Below are positions 48,820 through 58,493 of a stretch of 64,000 nucleotides of DNA, piece by piece (the stretch's first letter is position 1; each line of letters opens with the position of its first letter). The notes beneath the pieces are model-generated. The model ran no database searches. It saw only the letters and a list, made by a program, of their open reading frames with translations, and was not told the DNA's origin. Origin of the DNA: Candidatus Eiseniibacteriota bacterium (GTDB lineage: Bacteria > Joyebacterota > Joyebacteria > Joyebacterales > Joyebacteraceae); contig JBDRFG010000106.1 of assembly GCA_043819135.1 (NCBI GenBank), positions 809 through 64,808 of the forward strand, in the 5' to 3' direction. Position numbers and translations under genes: made by a program.

Positions 48820-49792
48820 CATCGTCCTTGTAACGGGCGCGGCGGGCTTCGTCGGCTCACACGTCGTCGAGCGCCTGCTCGCCGACGGCAGGAACGTCCG
48901 CGGGGTGGACGCCTTCACGGACTACTACCCGCGCGCGTTCAAGGAAGAGAACCTCCGAGGAGCGCGTGACAACGCGTCCTTCGAGCTCGTGGAGGCCGAC
49001 CTGGCGGTCGCCGACCTCGCGCCCATCCTCGACGGAGTGACGTCCGTCTGCCACCTGGCCGCCCAGGCGGGGGTCAGGGCCAGCTGGGGTACGACGTTCT
49101 CGACGTACATCAAGTGCAACATTCTGTCGAGCCAGCGTCTGCTCGAGGCCGTCAAGGACGGAGGCGTCTCCAAGTTCGTTTACGCCTCGTCTTCCTCGGT
49201 CTACGGAGAGACCACGGACCTTCCGATGCGCGAGAACGGGCTCACCTGCCCGGTGTCCCCTTACGGCGTCACCAAGCTCGCCGCCGAACATCTCGCGGTG
49301 CTCTATCACCGGAACTACGGCGTCCCGACCGTGTCGCTGAGGTACTTCACCGTCTACGGTCCGCGCCAGCGACCCGACATGGCGTTTCATCGTTTCATAC
49401 GCTCGGGACTCCTCGACGAGCCCATCACGATCTACGGCAACGGCCACCAGACGCGCGATTTCACTTACATCGACGACACCGTCGCCGCTACCGTTGTGGC
49501 CCTTGAATCGGGCCCCGATGGAAGCGTGCTGAACGTAGGGGGTGGGAGCCGTGTCACACTCAATGACGCTCTGGACGCCATAGAGGGCTGCCTGGGCGCT
49601 GCTCTCGACAGGCGCTACGTCGAGCGCGCCAGGGGAGACGTCACTGACACGCTCGCTGACAACTCGAGGGCCAGAGAGACACTCGGCTTCCGTCCGCGCG
49701 TCGGGCTCCCGGAGGGATTGGAGCGCGAGAGGGAGTGGATCGAATCGACGGCGCTCACGCTTGGCGAGGGCGCGAACGGGGAGGTCGGCTGA
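48812..49792 (+). CDS. NAD-dependent nucleotide-sugar epimerase/dehydratase (extended SDR)
   Basis: The Rossmann motif VTGAAGFVGSHV, the catalytic YGVTK and the YFTVYGPRQRPDMAF motif are present. Confidence 0.8.
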   Translation: MGDIVLVTGAAGFVGSHVVERLLADGRNVRGVDAFTDYYPRAFKEENLRGARDNASFELVEADLAVADLAPILDGVTSVCHLAAQAGVRASWGTTFSTYIKCNILSSQRLLEAVKDGGVSKFVYASSSSVYGETTDLPMRENGLTCPVSPYGVTKLAAEHLAVLYHRNYGVPTVSLRYFTVYGPRQRPDMAFHRFIRSGLLDEPITIYGNGHQTRDFTYIDDTVAATVVALESGPDGSVLNVGGGSRVTLNDALDAIEGCLGAALDRRYVERARGDVTDTLADNSRARETLGFRPRVGLPEGLEREREWIESTALTLGEGANGEVG

Positions 49793-49795
49793 CAC

Positions 49796-50749
49796 ATGGA
49801 TATCTCTATCGTGATACCGCTTCTGAACGAGGCCGACAGCATCAGAGAGCTGTACGAGCGCATCGGGGCCGCGCTCACTCCCCTCGGGCGGGAGTGGGAG
49901 GTAGTTTTCATCAACGACGGCAGCACCGACTCCTCGATGGACGTCCTGCGGAGCCTCCACGAACAGAACGACAACGTCAGGGTGCTCGTGTTCGGCCGGA
50001 ACCTCGGCAAGTCGGCCGCTCTCAGCGTGGGGTTCAAGGAAGCCGCGGGCGATGTCGTGTTCACGATGGACGCCGATCTGCAGGATGACCCGGCCGAGCT
50101 GCCCGCGATGCTCGAGGTCATAGAGAGCGGGTACGACCTCGTCTCAGGCTGGAAGAAGGAACGCCATGACCCGCTGTCCAAGCGGCTCCCGTCGAAGCTC
50201 TACAACGCGGTGACCGCGAGGCTCTCCGGCGTACGCATCCACGACATGAACTGTGGTCTCAAGGCCTACCGTTGCCAGGTCGTGAAGACCATCAGGGTAT
50301 ACGGCGAGCTTCATCGCTACACGCCCGTCCTGGCGCAGTGGGCGGGCTTCACGGTGACCGAGGTCGTGGTCAAGCATCACGCGCGCCAGTACGGCCGCTC
50401 CAAGTTCGGCGCGGAGCGCTTCGTCAGGGGGTTCTTCGACCTCGTGACGGTGCTGTTTCTGCGCCGCTACATCACGAGGCCCCTCCACCTGTTCGGGATG
50501 CTGGGCGCGCTGCTGTTCGCGGGCGGATTTCTCTCCGGGGTCTATCTGACGGTCCTCAAGCTCATGGGAGAGGCGATAGGCCGCAGGCCTCTCCTGACCC
50601 TCGCCATTCTACTCATGGTCATCGGCGTGCAGTTCATCTCGTTCGGCCTCCTCGGGGAGATGGTGGCGAATCTCAAGGGGGACGACATCTCGTTCCCCGT
50701 GAGGGAACGTCTGGGCCGGAAGGGCGGTGAGCTTGGCGACAGCGCCTGA
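49796..50749 (+). CDS. polyprenol-phosphate glycosyltransferase, GT2 (DPM1/ArnC/GtrB-like) with C-terminal TM hairpin
   Basis: ISIVIPLLNEADSI...VVFINDGSTD...DADLQDDP form the DxD region. Two C-terminal TM helices follow. Confidence 0.75.
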   Translation: MDISIVIPLLNEADSIRELYERIGAALTPLGREWEVVFINDGSTDSSMDVLRSLHEQNDNVRVLVFGRNLGKSAALSVGFKEAAGDVVFTMDADLQDDPAELPAMLEVIESGYDLVSGWKKERHDPLSKRLPSKLYNAVTARLSGVRIHDMNCGLKAYRCQVVKTIRVYGELHRYTPVLAQWAGFTVTEVVVKHHARQYGRSKFGAERFVRGFFDLVTVLFLRRYITRPLHLFGMLGALLFAGGFLSGVYLTVLKLMGEAIGRRPLLTLAILLMVIGVQFISFGLLGEMVANLKGDDISFPVRERLGRKGGELGDSA

Positions 50750-51935
50750 CAGGAGTTCGCCCGCGGACGCGCCTCTCGCGACCGAGGAAAGCGCGCGCAT
50801 TGCCGTCGTCGGCCCGGCCTATCCGCTCCGGGGCGGCAACGCACTCTTCGTCGCCCACCTCTACGACAACCTCAGGCTCGACCACGACACGTACGTCGTC
50901 TCGTTCACGCGGCTGTATCCGTCTCTGCTCTTCCCGGGGAAGACGCAGATGAACGTCAGCCGCGACCCCGTGAAGAACACGCCGTCGCGGCAGATCATCG
51001 ATTCCGTCAATCCGTTCTCCTGGCTGAAGGCTGTCAGGTGGATCTCCCAGCCGCGGAGACGACCCGACATGGTCGTCTTCGTCTGGTGGAACCCCTTCTT
51101 CGGAATATGCTACGGCACGATGGCGCGGTTGCTCCGGCGAAGGACAGGCGCCCGTGTGGTCTTCGTGTGTGAGAACGTCGTGTCACACGAGAACCGGTTC
51201 GCCGATCAGTTCCTCACGAAGTTCGCGCTCGCTTCGGCCGACTACTTCATGGTCCTTTCCGGCGTCGTCGCGAACCGCGTCCACTCACTCTTCCCTCGGA
51301 CGCCGGTGAGGCAAGCGGCGCTGCCGATCTACGACTGCTACGCACCGTCCGGGATCGACAGAGACGCGGTCAGGAAATCGCTGGGACTCACGCGGCCGAC
51401 CGTGCTCTTCTTCGGTTACGTCCGCGAGTACAAGGGCCTGGCGTATCTGCTCCGTGCGATGCCCCTGATACTCAAGGAGGTCGACGTAGAGCTGCTCGTC
51501 GTCGGGGAGTTCTACGACGACCGCTCCAAGTACGACCGGATCATCGACGAATTGAGCTTGGGCGAGCGGGTCCATGTGGTCGCCGAACACGTCCCCGACG
51601 AGTCGGTTGGGGACTACTTCTTGGCCGCCGATGTGGCCGTGCTGCCCTACGTATCGGCCACGCAGAGCGGAATCACTCAGATAGCCATTGCCGCAGGCCT
51701 TCCCGTGATAAGCACCGACGTCGGGGGACTCCCTGAGGTGGTGCGGGACGGGGAAACGGGCTATATTGTGAAACCTGAGGACGAAGGGGAGCTTGCTGCC
51801 GCCGTCGTGCGATACTTCAAGAGCGGAGATGCCCCTCGGATGAGGGCGAACGTGGCCCTGGAGGCCCAGCGCGACCACGCGGGTGACCTTATGCGCAGGG
51901 CCGTTCGTGACTTCCTCGAGATGGCGAGGTCTTAG
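50727..51935 (+). CDS. family 4 (GT-B) glycosyltransferase
   Basis: The C-terminal GT4 signature is EYKGLAYLL...GEF...GLPVISTDVGGLPEVVRDGETGYIV. Confidence 0.75.
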   Translation: MSLATAPDRSSPADAPLATEESARIAVVGPAYPLRGGNALFVAHLYDNLRLDHDTYVVSFTRLYPSLLFPGKTQMNVSRDPVKNTPSRQIIDSVNPFSWLKAVRWISQPRRRPDMVVFVWWNPFFGICYGTMARLLRRRTGARVVFVCENVVSHENRFADQFLTKFALASADYFMVLSGVVANRVHSLFPRTPVRQAALPIYDCYAPSGIDRDAVRKSLGLTRPTVLFFGYVREYKGLAYLLRAMPLILKEVDVELLVVGEFYDDRSKYDRIIDELSLGERVHVVAEHVPDESVGDYFLAADVAVLPYVSATQSGITQIAIAAGLPVISTDVGGLPEVVRDGETGYIVKPEDEGELAAAVVRYFKSGDAPRMRANVALEAQRDHAGDLMRRAVRDFLEMARS

Positions 51936-51936
51936 G

Positions 51937-52833
51937 GTGCAGCATCCCCCAGTCTGGGCGGTCGTTGTCAACTGGAATGGTCTAGAGGTTGTCGAGCCCT
52001 GTCTGCGGACGCTGCTCGCCTCGTCTTATCCGAACCTCTCGGTGCTGGTCGTGGACAACGCGTCGTCCGACGGGTCCGCGCATTTCGTGCGTGAGGAGTT
52101 CCCTTCCGTGCGCGTGGCCGAACAGCCGTCGAACCGCGGCTACGCGGCCGGAGTGAACGCGGGTCTGACAGTCGCGCTCGATGGGGGAGCGGAGTACGTG
52201 CTGCTCCTCAACAACGACATCGAACTGGACGCCGGGGCGGTGAGCGCTCTGGTCGATGTCGCGACCGCGCATCCGCAAAGCGCGTTCGTTGGTCCCATGA
52301 TCTACTACGCCGACCGTCCGAACGTCATCTGGTCGGCGGGGGGCGCCGTCTCCTTCTGGTCAGGTGGTATACGGCACCTCGGGCTGCGGGAGGAGGACGT
52401 CGGACAGTATGCCGGCGTCCGAGAGGTCGACTACGTCACCGCGTGTGCCGTGCTCGCTTCCGCGAGCGCCGTCAGGAAGATCGGCCCGATGGACGAAAGC
52501 TACTACATGTACAACGAGGACACGGACTGGTGCGTCCGTGCCCGAAGTGCGGGGTTCACCGTGCTCGTCGCTCCGACCGCGAAGATCTGGCACAAGGTCT
52601 CGATGAGTTCAGGCGGCGGGCTGACGCCTTTCAGGATCTACAACCGGTTGCGCAGCACCCTGAGGTTCTTCTCCCTGCACGCGCGGCCGTACCACTGGCT
52701 CGGTATCCTCCCTCTGACGGCGTGTCGGACCGTTGGCTTCGCGGCGCGCGAACTGGTCGGAGGAAGGGGCGGCAACGTCGGAGCGGTCCTGCGGGGACTC
52801 TGGGATTCGATCACGAGACGAAGGAGAGCCTGA
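51937..52833 (+). CDS. family 2 glycosyltransferase (rhamnosyltransferase-like)
   Basis: AVVVNWNG...VVDNASSDGS...LLNNDIEL..., YMYNEDTDWCVRA are typical GT2 features. It is paralogous to the N-domain of the last gene in the locus. The GTG at 51937 lies 2 nt after the upstream stop. Confidence 0.75.
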   Translation: MQHPPVWAVVVNWNGLEVVEPCLRTLLASSYPNLSVLVVDNASSDGSAHFVREEFPSVRVAEQPSNRGYAAGVNAGLTVALDGGAEYVLLLNNDIELDAGAVSALVDVATAHPQSAFVGPMIYYADRPNVIWSAGGAVSFWSGGIRHLGLREEDVGQYAGVREVDYVTACAVLASASAVRKIGPMDESYYMYNEDTDWCVRARSAGFTVLVAPTAKIWHKVSMSSGGGLTPFRIYNRLRSTLRFFSLHARPYHWLGILPLTACRTVGFAARELVGGRGGNVGAVLRGLWDSITRRRRA

Positions 52834-52837
52834 ACAA

Positions 52838-54259
52838 GTGCACAGAACGCACTACACGAAGACACCCCCGGCTGCCACCGGACGCCGCGCGCGGGCGCTG
52901 ACCGTCGCGAGCGCGTTCGCTGCGGCCGTTCTGCTGGCGATGCTCCTGCCGCTGGCCGGGTGCTCGAGCGAGGAACCCCCGGCAAGACACCCGCGCCTCG
53001 TCCTCTTCGGGATTGACGCGGCGAACTGGAACATTCTTACCCCCATGATGCAGGCGGGCGAACTGCCTGCCATGACTTCGCTGGTCAATCGCGGCTCCTT
53101 CGGAGTGTTGAAGACGGGTGTACCGATCCAGTCGCCGCAGATGTGGACATCAATAGCAACGGGTGTCGTTCCGGAGAGGCACGGCATCACGCGTTTCACG
53201 GCCGTGATCCCGGGAACGGACCGCGAAGTCCCGGTGACGAGCAACATGAGGAAGGTCAAGGCCTTCTGGAACATCCTCTCCGAGGCGGACGTCTCCGTCG
53301 GCATCGTGGGATGGTGGCCGAGCTGGCCCGCCGAAGAGGTCAACGGTTTCATGATCGCGCAGCGCGCGTGGCCCGTCAACTGGAGCCGTCACGGGATCCC
53401 GTTCGGAGCCGCACGCGATGCGTCGGGACGTCTGATCGTTGAGGACTTCCCGGGACGAACCTACCCGGAGGAGCTCTACGCTGACTTCGAGCCGTTCATC
53501 ATCACCGAGGAGGACGTGACGGCCGACGAGCTGTCTCTCCTCTTCCAGGACCCCTCGTTCACCAACCCGGCCAAGCAGTTCCACGCCCGGTGGGTGTTCG
53601 CCAAGGACAAGACCTTCGCGGACGCGGGGCTGGCGATGCTCAAGCGCTTCAATCCGGATGTGTTCGCGGTCTATCTGCAGGGCACGGACGTGGTGTCCCA
53701 CTACTACTGGGGCGATCAGCGCGAGGAGGGCTTCGTCGTCTCTCCGTCCAACGAGCGGCTGTACGGCAGCGTCGTGAGGAACTATTACCGCTACGTCGAC
53801 GGCGTGATCGCGGATTACCTCGCGGAGATCGGTGACGACACGACCGTCATGATCGTGTCCGACCACGGCTTCGAGACCAAGCGCGACCTCAAGGAGCTGT
53901 GGGAGAGAGGCGAGAAGATAAGGACCGTGGAAGGCGGCAAGGACGTACCGTGGGACCACGGCGTGGACGGCGTGTTCATCATGGCGGGCCCCGGTATCAG
54001 GGAAGACTTCAGACTGCCGGAGGCGTCGGTGGTGGACATCACCCCGACGATGCTCGCCTACCTGGGACTCCCGGTGGCCGAGGACATGGACGGAGTTCCT
54101 GTGCTCGCGGCGTTCACCGAGTCCTACCTTGCGCAATACCCGGTCACGTTCGTTCCAACGTACGAGACCGACGGGCCCCGGGGCGACGATGCTCCGATGG
54201 AGTCGCCGATGGATGATGGGATCAAGGAGAAGCTCAGGGCGCTCGGCTACATAGAGTAG
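52838..54259 (+). CDS. AlkP-superfamily type I phosphodiesterase/nucleotide-pyrophosphatase-like lipoprotein
   Basis: The signal peptide has the lipobox LAGC. LVLFGIDAANWNIL, VPERHGI and IVSDHGFE metal-site motifs are present. The C-terminus ends in LGYIE. AAGGAGAG lies before the GTG start. Confidence 0.65.
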   Translation: MHRTHYTKTPPAATGRRARALTVASAFAAAVLLAMLLPLAGCSSEEPPARHPRLVLFGIDAANWNILTPMMQAGELPAMTSLVNRGSFGVLKTGVPIQSPQMWTSIATGVVPERHGITRFTAVIPGTDREVPVTSNMRKVKAFWNILSEADVSVGIVGWWPSWPAEEVNGFMIAQRAWPVNWSRHGIPFGAARDASGRLIVEDFPGRTYPEELYADFEPFIITEEDVTADELSLLFQDPSFTNPAKQFHARWVFAKDKTFADAGLAMLKRFNPDVFAVYLQGTDVVSHYYWGDQREEGFVVSPSNERLYGSVVRNYYRYVDGVIADYLAEIGDDTTVMIVSDHGFETKRDLKELWERGEKIRTVEGGKDVPWDHGVDGVFIMAGPGIREDFRLPEASVVDITPTMLAYLGLPVAEDMDGVPVLAAFTESYLAQYPVTFVPTYETDGPRGDDAPMESPMDDGIKEKLRALGYIE

Positions 54260-54293
54260 AGCAGCCGAGCCTGGACCGGGACGGAGCGGGCCG

Positions 54294-55400
54294 ATGCCGA
54301 TTCATGTCAAGACCGATTGCAGACTGTTTCTGGGTGACAGGCCCTGCGCGTGGGGCGGGCGGTGCGAGGCGTGCGAGCACTACGCTCCACGGGGCGAGCA
54401 CATAGTCGTCGTCAAGCTGGCGGCGGCCGGTGACGTGCTCCGCACCACGTCGATACTGCCTCCTCTCAAGAGGGCGCATCCCGACTCGTACGTTACCTGG
54501 ATAACCGACCGCGGCGCGCTCCCGTTGATGGAGCGCAATCCCTTCATTGACCGCGCGCTGCCGTTCTCGTTCGGCACGTGGCTCACGCTGTCCGTGCAAT
54601 CCATCGACCTTCTCATCTGTCTGGACAAGGAGGAGCGCGCCTGCGCGCTTGCCTCGTCACTCGACGCCGCCGCGAAAGTCGGATTCGCGATGTCGTCAGC
54701 AGGCGGAGTGGAGCCGCTGAACGACGGGGCGCGTTACGACTACGAGCTGGGCCTGTCCGACGAGATGAAGTTCCGCGAGAACACGATGACTTATCCTGCG
54801 ATCTTCTGCCGGACCGCCGAACTGAAGTATGAGAGCGAGCCCTACATGCTGGCTCTCCCGGAGCTATCGATCGAGTACGCCCGGCGCTTCCTTGGAGGCC
54901 TCTCGTTCACAGAGCCGCTCGTGGGGCTCAACGTGGGCGCGGGTCGCGTTTTCGCGAACAAGGCCTGGACACCGGCGGGGTACGCCGCGCTGGCCGATGC
55001 GGTACGCGAGCGGCTCGGAGGGACGGCGATCGTCCTCGGCGGGCCGGACGACAGAGAGCGGGCCGAAGCGGTGATGGCCCTGGCGCCCGAGACGACCGTA
55101 GACGGCGGGCTGCATGAGGTCCTCGATTTCGCGGCCATCGTGGGCATGCTCGACGCGATGGTAACGGGGGACACGCTGGCGATGCACATAGCGATCGCTC
55201 TCGGCGTGCCCGTGATCGCGCTGTTCGGACCCAGCGCGCCTCAGGAGATCGAACTCTTCGGCTCAGGCGGGAAGGTGCTGACACCGCTCGACTGCGCGCC
55301 CTGCTACAGACGCGTGTGCGACAGGAGCCCGTCCTGCATGGACGCGATCGGTTTGGAGAGCGTGTTCGCGGCGCTCAAGGAGGCTCTCGAAGAGGCATGA
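54294..55400 (+). CDS. family 9 glycosyltransferase (heptosyltransferase-like)
   Basis: IVVVKLAAAGDVLRTTSILPPLK is the GT9 N-terminal motif. VGLNVGAG..., GGPDD and VTGDTLAMHIAIALGVPVIALFGPS match the RfaF/WaaC family. Confidence 0.75.
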   Translation: MPIHVKTDCRLFLGDRPCAWGGRCEACEHYAPRGEHIVVVKLAAAGDVLRTTSILPPLKRAHPDSYVTWITDRGALPLMERNPFIDRALPFSFGTWLTLSVQSIDLLICLDKEERACALASSLDAAAKVGFAMSSAGGVEPLNDGARYDYELGLSDEMKFRENTMTYPAIFCRTAELKYESEPYMLALPELSIEYARRFLGGLSFTEPLVGLNVGAGRVFANKAWTPAGYAALADAVRERLGGTAIVLGGPDDRERAEAVMALAPETTVDGGLHEVLDFAAIVGMLDAMVTGDTLAMHIAIALGVPVIALFGPSAPQEIELFGSGGKVLTPLDCAPCYRRVCDRSPSCMDAIGLESVFAALKEALEEA

Positions 55401-57184
55401 CCGCTGATACTCCTCATAATCCCCGCGGCCGAGGCGAAGGCGTGATGTGGAGAACGCTCGTCCTCACGTCCGTCGGATTCGCGCTGGCAACCGGCGCCCT
55501 GTTGGGCGTCACGGGCCTCAGGACCAGCGGTTTCGCGCTGTCACTCGCGCCGCGTCAGATTCTGCCCATGCTCGTCGCGTTCGCGGTTGTGTACGCCGCG
55601 CTCGGCGGGCTGGTTCTTCCGCTGACGACCCGCTCCAGAAGACGAGCGCCCACTCCCGGCGCCTCAGAGCGCGCGGTCTTCGGAGCTCTGGCGACCGTGA
55701 CCCTCTGGGTCGCACTTGTGCTCACGTTCCTTCCGCTCAAGGGTTCAGAGGCCTTCGTGCGGGCGGACACGCTCACGACGCTCCAGCTGAACGTGATAGG
55801 GCTCGCGGTCGTGTTGGTGGTCGGGCTCGTTGTCGGGTGGCTCTTAGCGTGGGCGCTGTCGCGCGTGCTCTCGTTTCTGAGGAGGCGTGTCCCCGGAAGG
55901 GGAGTGGCCGTCGTCGGAGCGATCTGCGCCGTGGTCGCTCTCGTCGTCCTTCTGGTTGGAGTTCAGGCGCGGACGGGCGGCGGGGGCGCTGGGAGCGCAT
56001 CCTCAGCGGCGGGTTCGGCGCCGCGCGTGGCCATCATCGGAGTCGACGGATGCGACTGGGAGAAACTCGGTCCACTGGTCGAATCCGGGAGACTTCCGAA
56101 CTTCGAGCGCTTGATGGAGCGGGGCGCACACGGGACGCTGTGGTCGGAGCCGCCCCTGATATCCCCGCGCATATGGACGACCATTGCGACGGGCAAGTCC
56201 GCGGACAAGCACGGCATCCGCGATTTCGTCAACGAGGCGGGCGTGCCCGTGAACGCGACCATGAGGTCAGCGGCGCCCGTGTGGGACATCGTATCCAGCT
56301 TCGGCCTTCCGGTCGGCGTCGTCGGGTGGTACGTCACGTGGCCCGTCGACGAGGTCAACGGCTTCCTGCTGTCCGACCGACTTCACTCGCTCATGCGCGG
56401 GCCCGTGCAGGTGCTTCAGTCGCTCGGCGGACGCCCCACCAACGAACGTCTGCAATCGTTCGGAGCGTTCACGTTCGACCCCGGATACAAGCGCTATCCG
56501 AGCGATGAGCTCCACCATCAGCAGAACAGGATCGTCGACGAGCCCCTTCGCTGGGGATACCTCCGGGACGCCATCTACTCCCGCATGTCGACAGCGCTGA
56601 CTCCCAGCTACAGGCCGACCCTGTCGGCCGTCTACCTGCGTGGCGTCGACTTCGTCCAGCACTTCTTCTGGAAGTACGCGGACCCCGAGCCTTTCGGGGA
56701 CGTTCCCGACGAGGACATCGCCGCCTACGGTGGTGTCATAGACAACTACTACGTCTACACGGACAAGCTTCTCGGCCGGCTGCTCGATGCGCTGGGCGAC
56801 GACGTCAACATCATCGTGGTCTCCGACCACGGCTTCAAGGCGCGCCTCGACCCGGACCCCGGGAGGCCTCAGCTGACCGGAACGCACGACGTGGCCGGGG
56901 TCTTCATTGCCTCCGGTCCTGCATTCAGTGCCTCGGGACGGTTCGAAGACGCGACGATATTCGACATCACACCCACGGCGCTCGCCGTCATGGGACTGCC
57001 AGTCGGGGAGGACATGGACGGCAGGGTGCTGACCGAGATCATCGAGGAGCAGCATCTCGCCGCCCGCCCGGTGTCGTTCATTCCCTCATACGAGCCCGCC
57101 GTCGGGAAGGAGAGGGGAGAAGTCGGGTCGACGATGGACGACTCGATCAGAGAGCAGCTCAAGTCGCTTGGCTACATCGAGTGA
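55397..57184 (+). CDS. membrane-anchored AlkP-superfamily type I phosphodiesterase-like protein (paralog of 52838..54259)
   Basis: About 5 N-terminal TM helices precede an extracytoplasmic domain with VAIIGVDGCDWEKL, DKHGI and IVVSDHGFK. The C-terminus ends in LGYIE like its paralog. The ATG overlaps the upstream stop as ATGA. Confidence 0.65.
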   Translation: MTADTPHNPRGRGEGVMWRTLVLTSVGFALATGALLGVTGLRTSGFALSLAPRQILPMLVAFAVVYAALGGLVLPLTTRSRRRAPTPGASERAVFGALATVTLWVALVLTFLPLKGSEAFVRADTLTTLQLNVIGLAVVLVVGLVVGWLLAWALSRVLSFLRRRVPGRGVAVVGAICAVVALVVLLVGVQARTGGGGAGSASSAAGSAPRVAIIGVDGCDWEKLGPLVESGRLPNFERLMERGAHGTLWSEPPLISPRIWTTIATGKSADKHGIRDFVNEAGVPVNATMRSAAPVWDIVSSFGLPVGVVGWYVTWPVDEVNGFLLSDRLHSLMRGPVQVLQSLGGRPTNERLQSFGAFTFDPGYKRYPSDELHHQQNRIVDEPLRWGYLRDAIYSRMSTALTPSYRPTLSAVYLRGVDFVQHFFWKYADPEPFGDVPDEDIAAYGGVIDNYYVYTDKLLGRLLDALGDDVNIIVVSDHGFKARLDPDPGRPQLTGTHDVAGVFIASGPAFSASGRFEDATIFDITPTALAVMGLPVGEDMDGRVLTEIIEEQHLAARPVSFIPSYEPAVGKERGEVGSTMDDSIREQLKSLGYIE

Positions 57185-58493
57185 TCCGCAGTCTCGGTCG
57201 ACGCGCCAGCTCCAGCACGGAGGGCCGGTGAGGGGCACCAACAGACTCCAGACCCTGCTTGCCAGACACGCATCCTCCACGCCGACGCGCGTCGGTCGCG
57301 TGTTTGCCGTGGTTCTCCTCGGCGCCGCCCTGCAACTGGTCACGCAGACCCTGCTCGCCCGCTCGCTCTCCAAGACCGAGGTCGGGCTGATATCGCTCCT
57401 GCTGGGCGCGCTCCCCATCCTGTCCACGTTGTCCATGGCCGGCCAGGGCGCTTCAGTGGTCCGCTTCCTCTCGAAGAGCGACCGCGGCACGTTCGACACC
57501 CCGTCGCACGTGCGCCGTGTTCTCGCCATCGTGCTCCCGCTGGGAGTCGTCGCGTCCTTCGCCGGCGCGGGTTTCTACGGGCTGGGCTGGAGCCTCGCTC
57601 TGGTCCTCCTTGCGCTGGTCCTCTCTCAGAACGTGGCCACCACCCTGAGCTCGGTGATGCGGGCGGAGCACCGCTACGAGCTGGCGATGACGGCCGTGCG
57701 GCTCCCGACGATAGCCTCCGGCGTCGTGCTGCTGGCGCTCAGGTTCGCCGGCACTCTCACGTACACGACCGCACTCGTGACGCTGGCCCTCGCGTTCGCG
57801 CTGTCCGGACTCCTGCTGTTACTGCTGCGCTCCGGAGCGGCCAGGAAGGACGCCGCGCCGGTTCCACGATCGGTCTTGCGCGAGGGCGTGTTCCTCCTGG
57901 GCCTGGACCTGTCCTTCGCGCTGATGGTGTCCGTCGACAAGCTGGTCATCGGGAAGATGATGCCCTACGCCGATCTGGCCGTCTACGCGTCGATATTCGC
58001 CGTCATGAGGGGCTTCGACTTCCTCTTCTACTCGATCAGCTTCGTCCTGATGCCGCGTGTCAACGTCATCAGGAAGCTCGAACTGCGGAAGTACAACCTC
58101 CTGATCGGCGGCCTCGCCGCCGTCGTTACGGCGGCGTATCTGCTAGCCGGCAAGAGCATCGTCAGTTTCCTCTACGCCGGCAGGTACGACGAGGGCGCCT
58201 ACCTGATACTGCCTTTCGCCTTGTCCGGCATCGCCAAGCTGTTCTACTCTGTTCCTTCCAGCGTGATAGGCGGACGGCTGCCGAGGCCGGCGCTCAAGCA
58301 GTTCATGTGGCTGAACCTCGCCGGCGTCGTCGTGAGCATCGTTCTCGACGTCATCATGATCAGGGCGATGGGACTGATGGGGGTGGCGATCGCAACGGCC
58401 ATCGCGTGGGGACTGCGCCTTGCCGGCGGATACGTCATCATTGCGCGGCACCGTTCGCATCTCGAGGAACCAACAGGAGAGAGAAACGCATGA
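57168..58493 (+). CDS. polysaccharide biosynthesis protein / Wzx-like MOP-superfamily flippase
   Basis: The protein has about 12 TM helices and the topology of Wzx-type flippases. The start codon is uncertain; the 5' end overlaps the previous gene. Confidence 0.55.
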   Translation: MATSSDPQSRSTRQLQHGGPVRGTNRLQTLLARHASSTPTRVGRVFAVVLLGAALQLVTQTLLARSLSKTEVGLISLLLGALPILSTLSMAGQGASVVRFLSKSDRGTFDTPSHVRRVLAIVLPLGVVASFAGAGFYGLGWSLALVLLALVLSQNVATTLSSVMRAEHRYELAMTAVRLPTIASGVVLLALRFAGTLTYTTALVTLALAFALSGLLLLLLRSGAARKDAAPVPRSVLREGVFLLGLDLSFALMVSVDKLVIGKMMPYADLAVYASIFAVMRGFDFLFYSISFVLMPRVNVIRKLELRKYNLLIGGLAAVVTAAYLLAGKSIVSFLYAGRYDEGAYLILPFALSGIAKLFYSVPSSVIGGRLPRPALKQFMWLNLAGVVVSIVLDVIMIRAMGLMGVAIATAIAWGLRLAGGYVIIARHRSHLEEPTGERNA

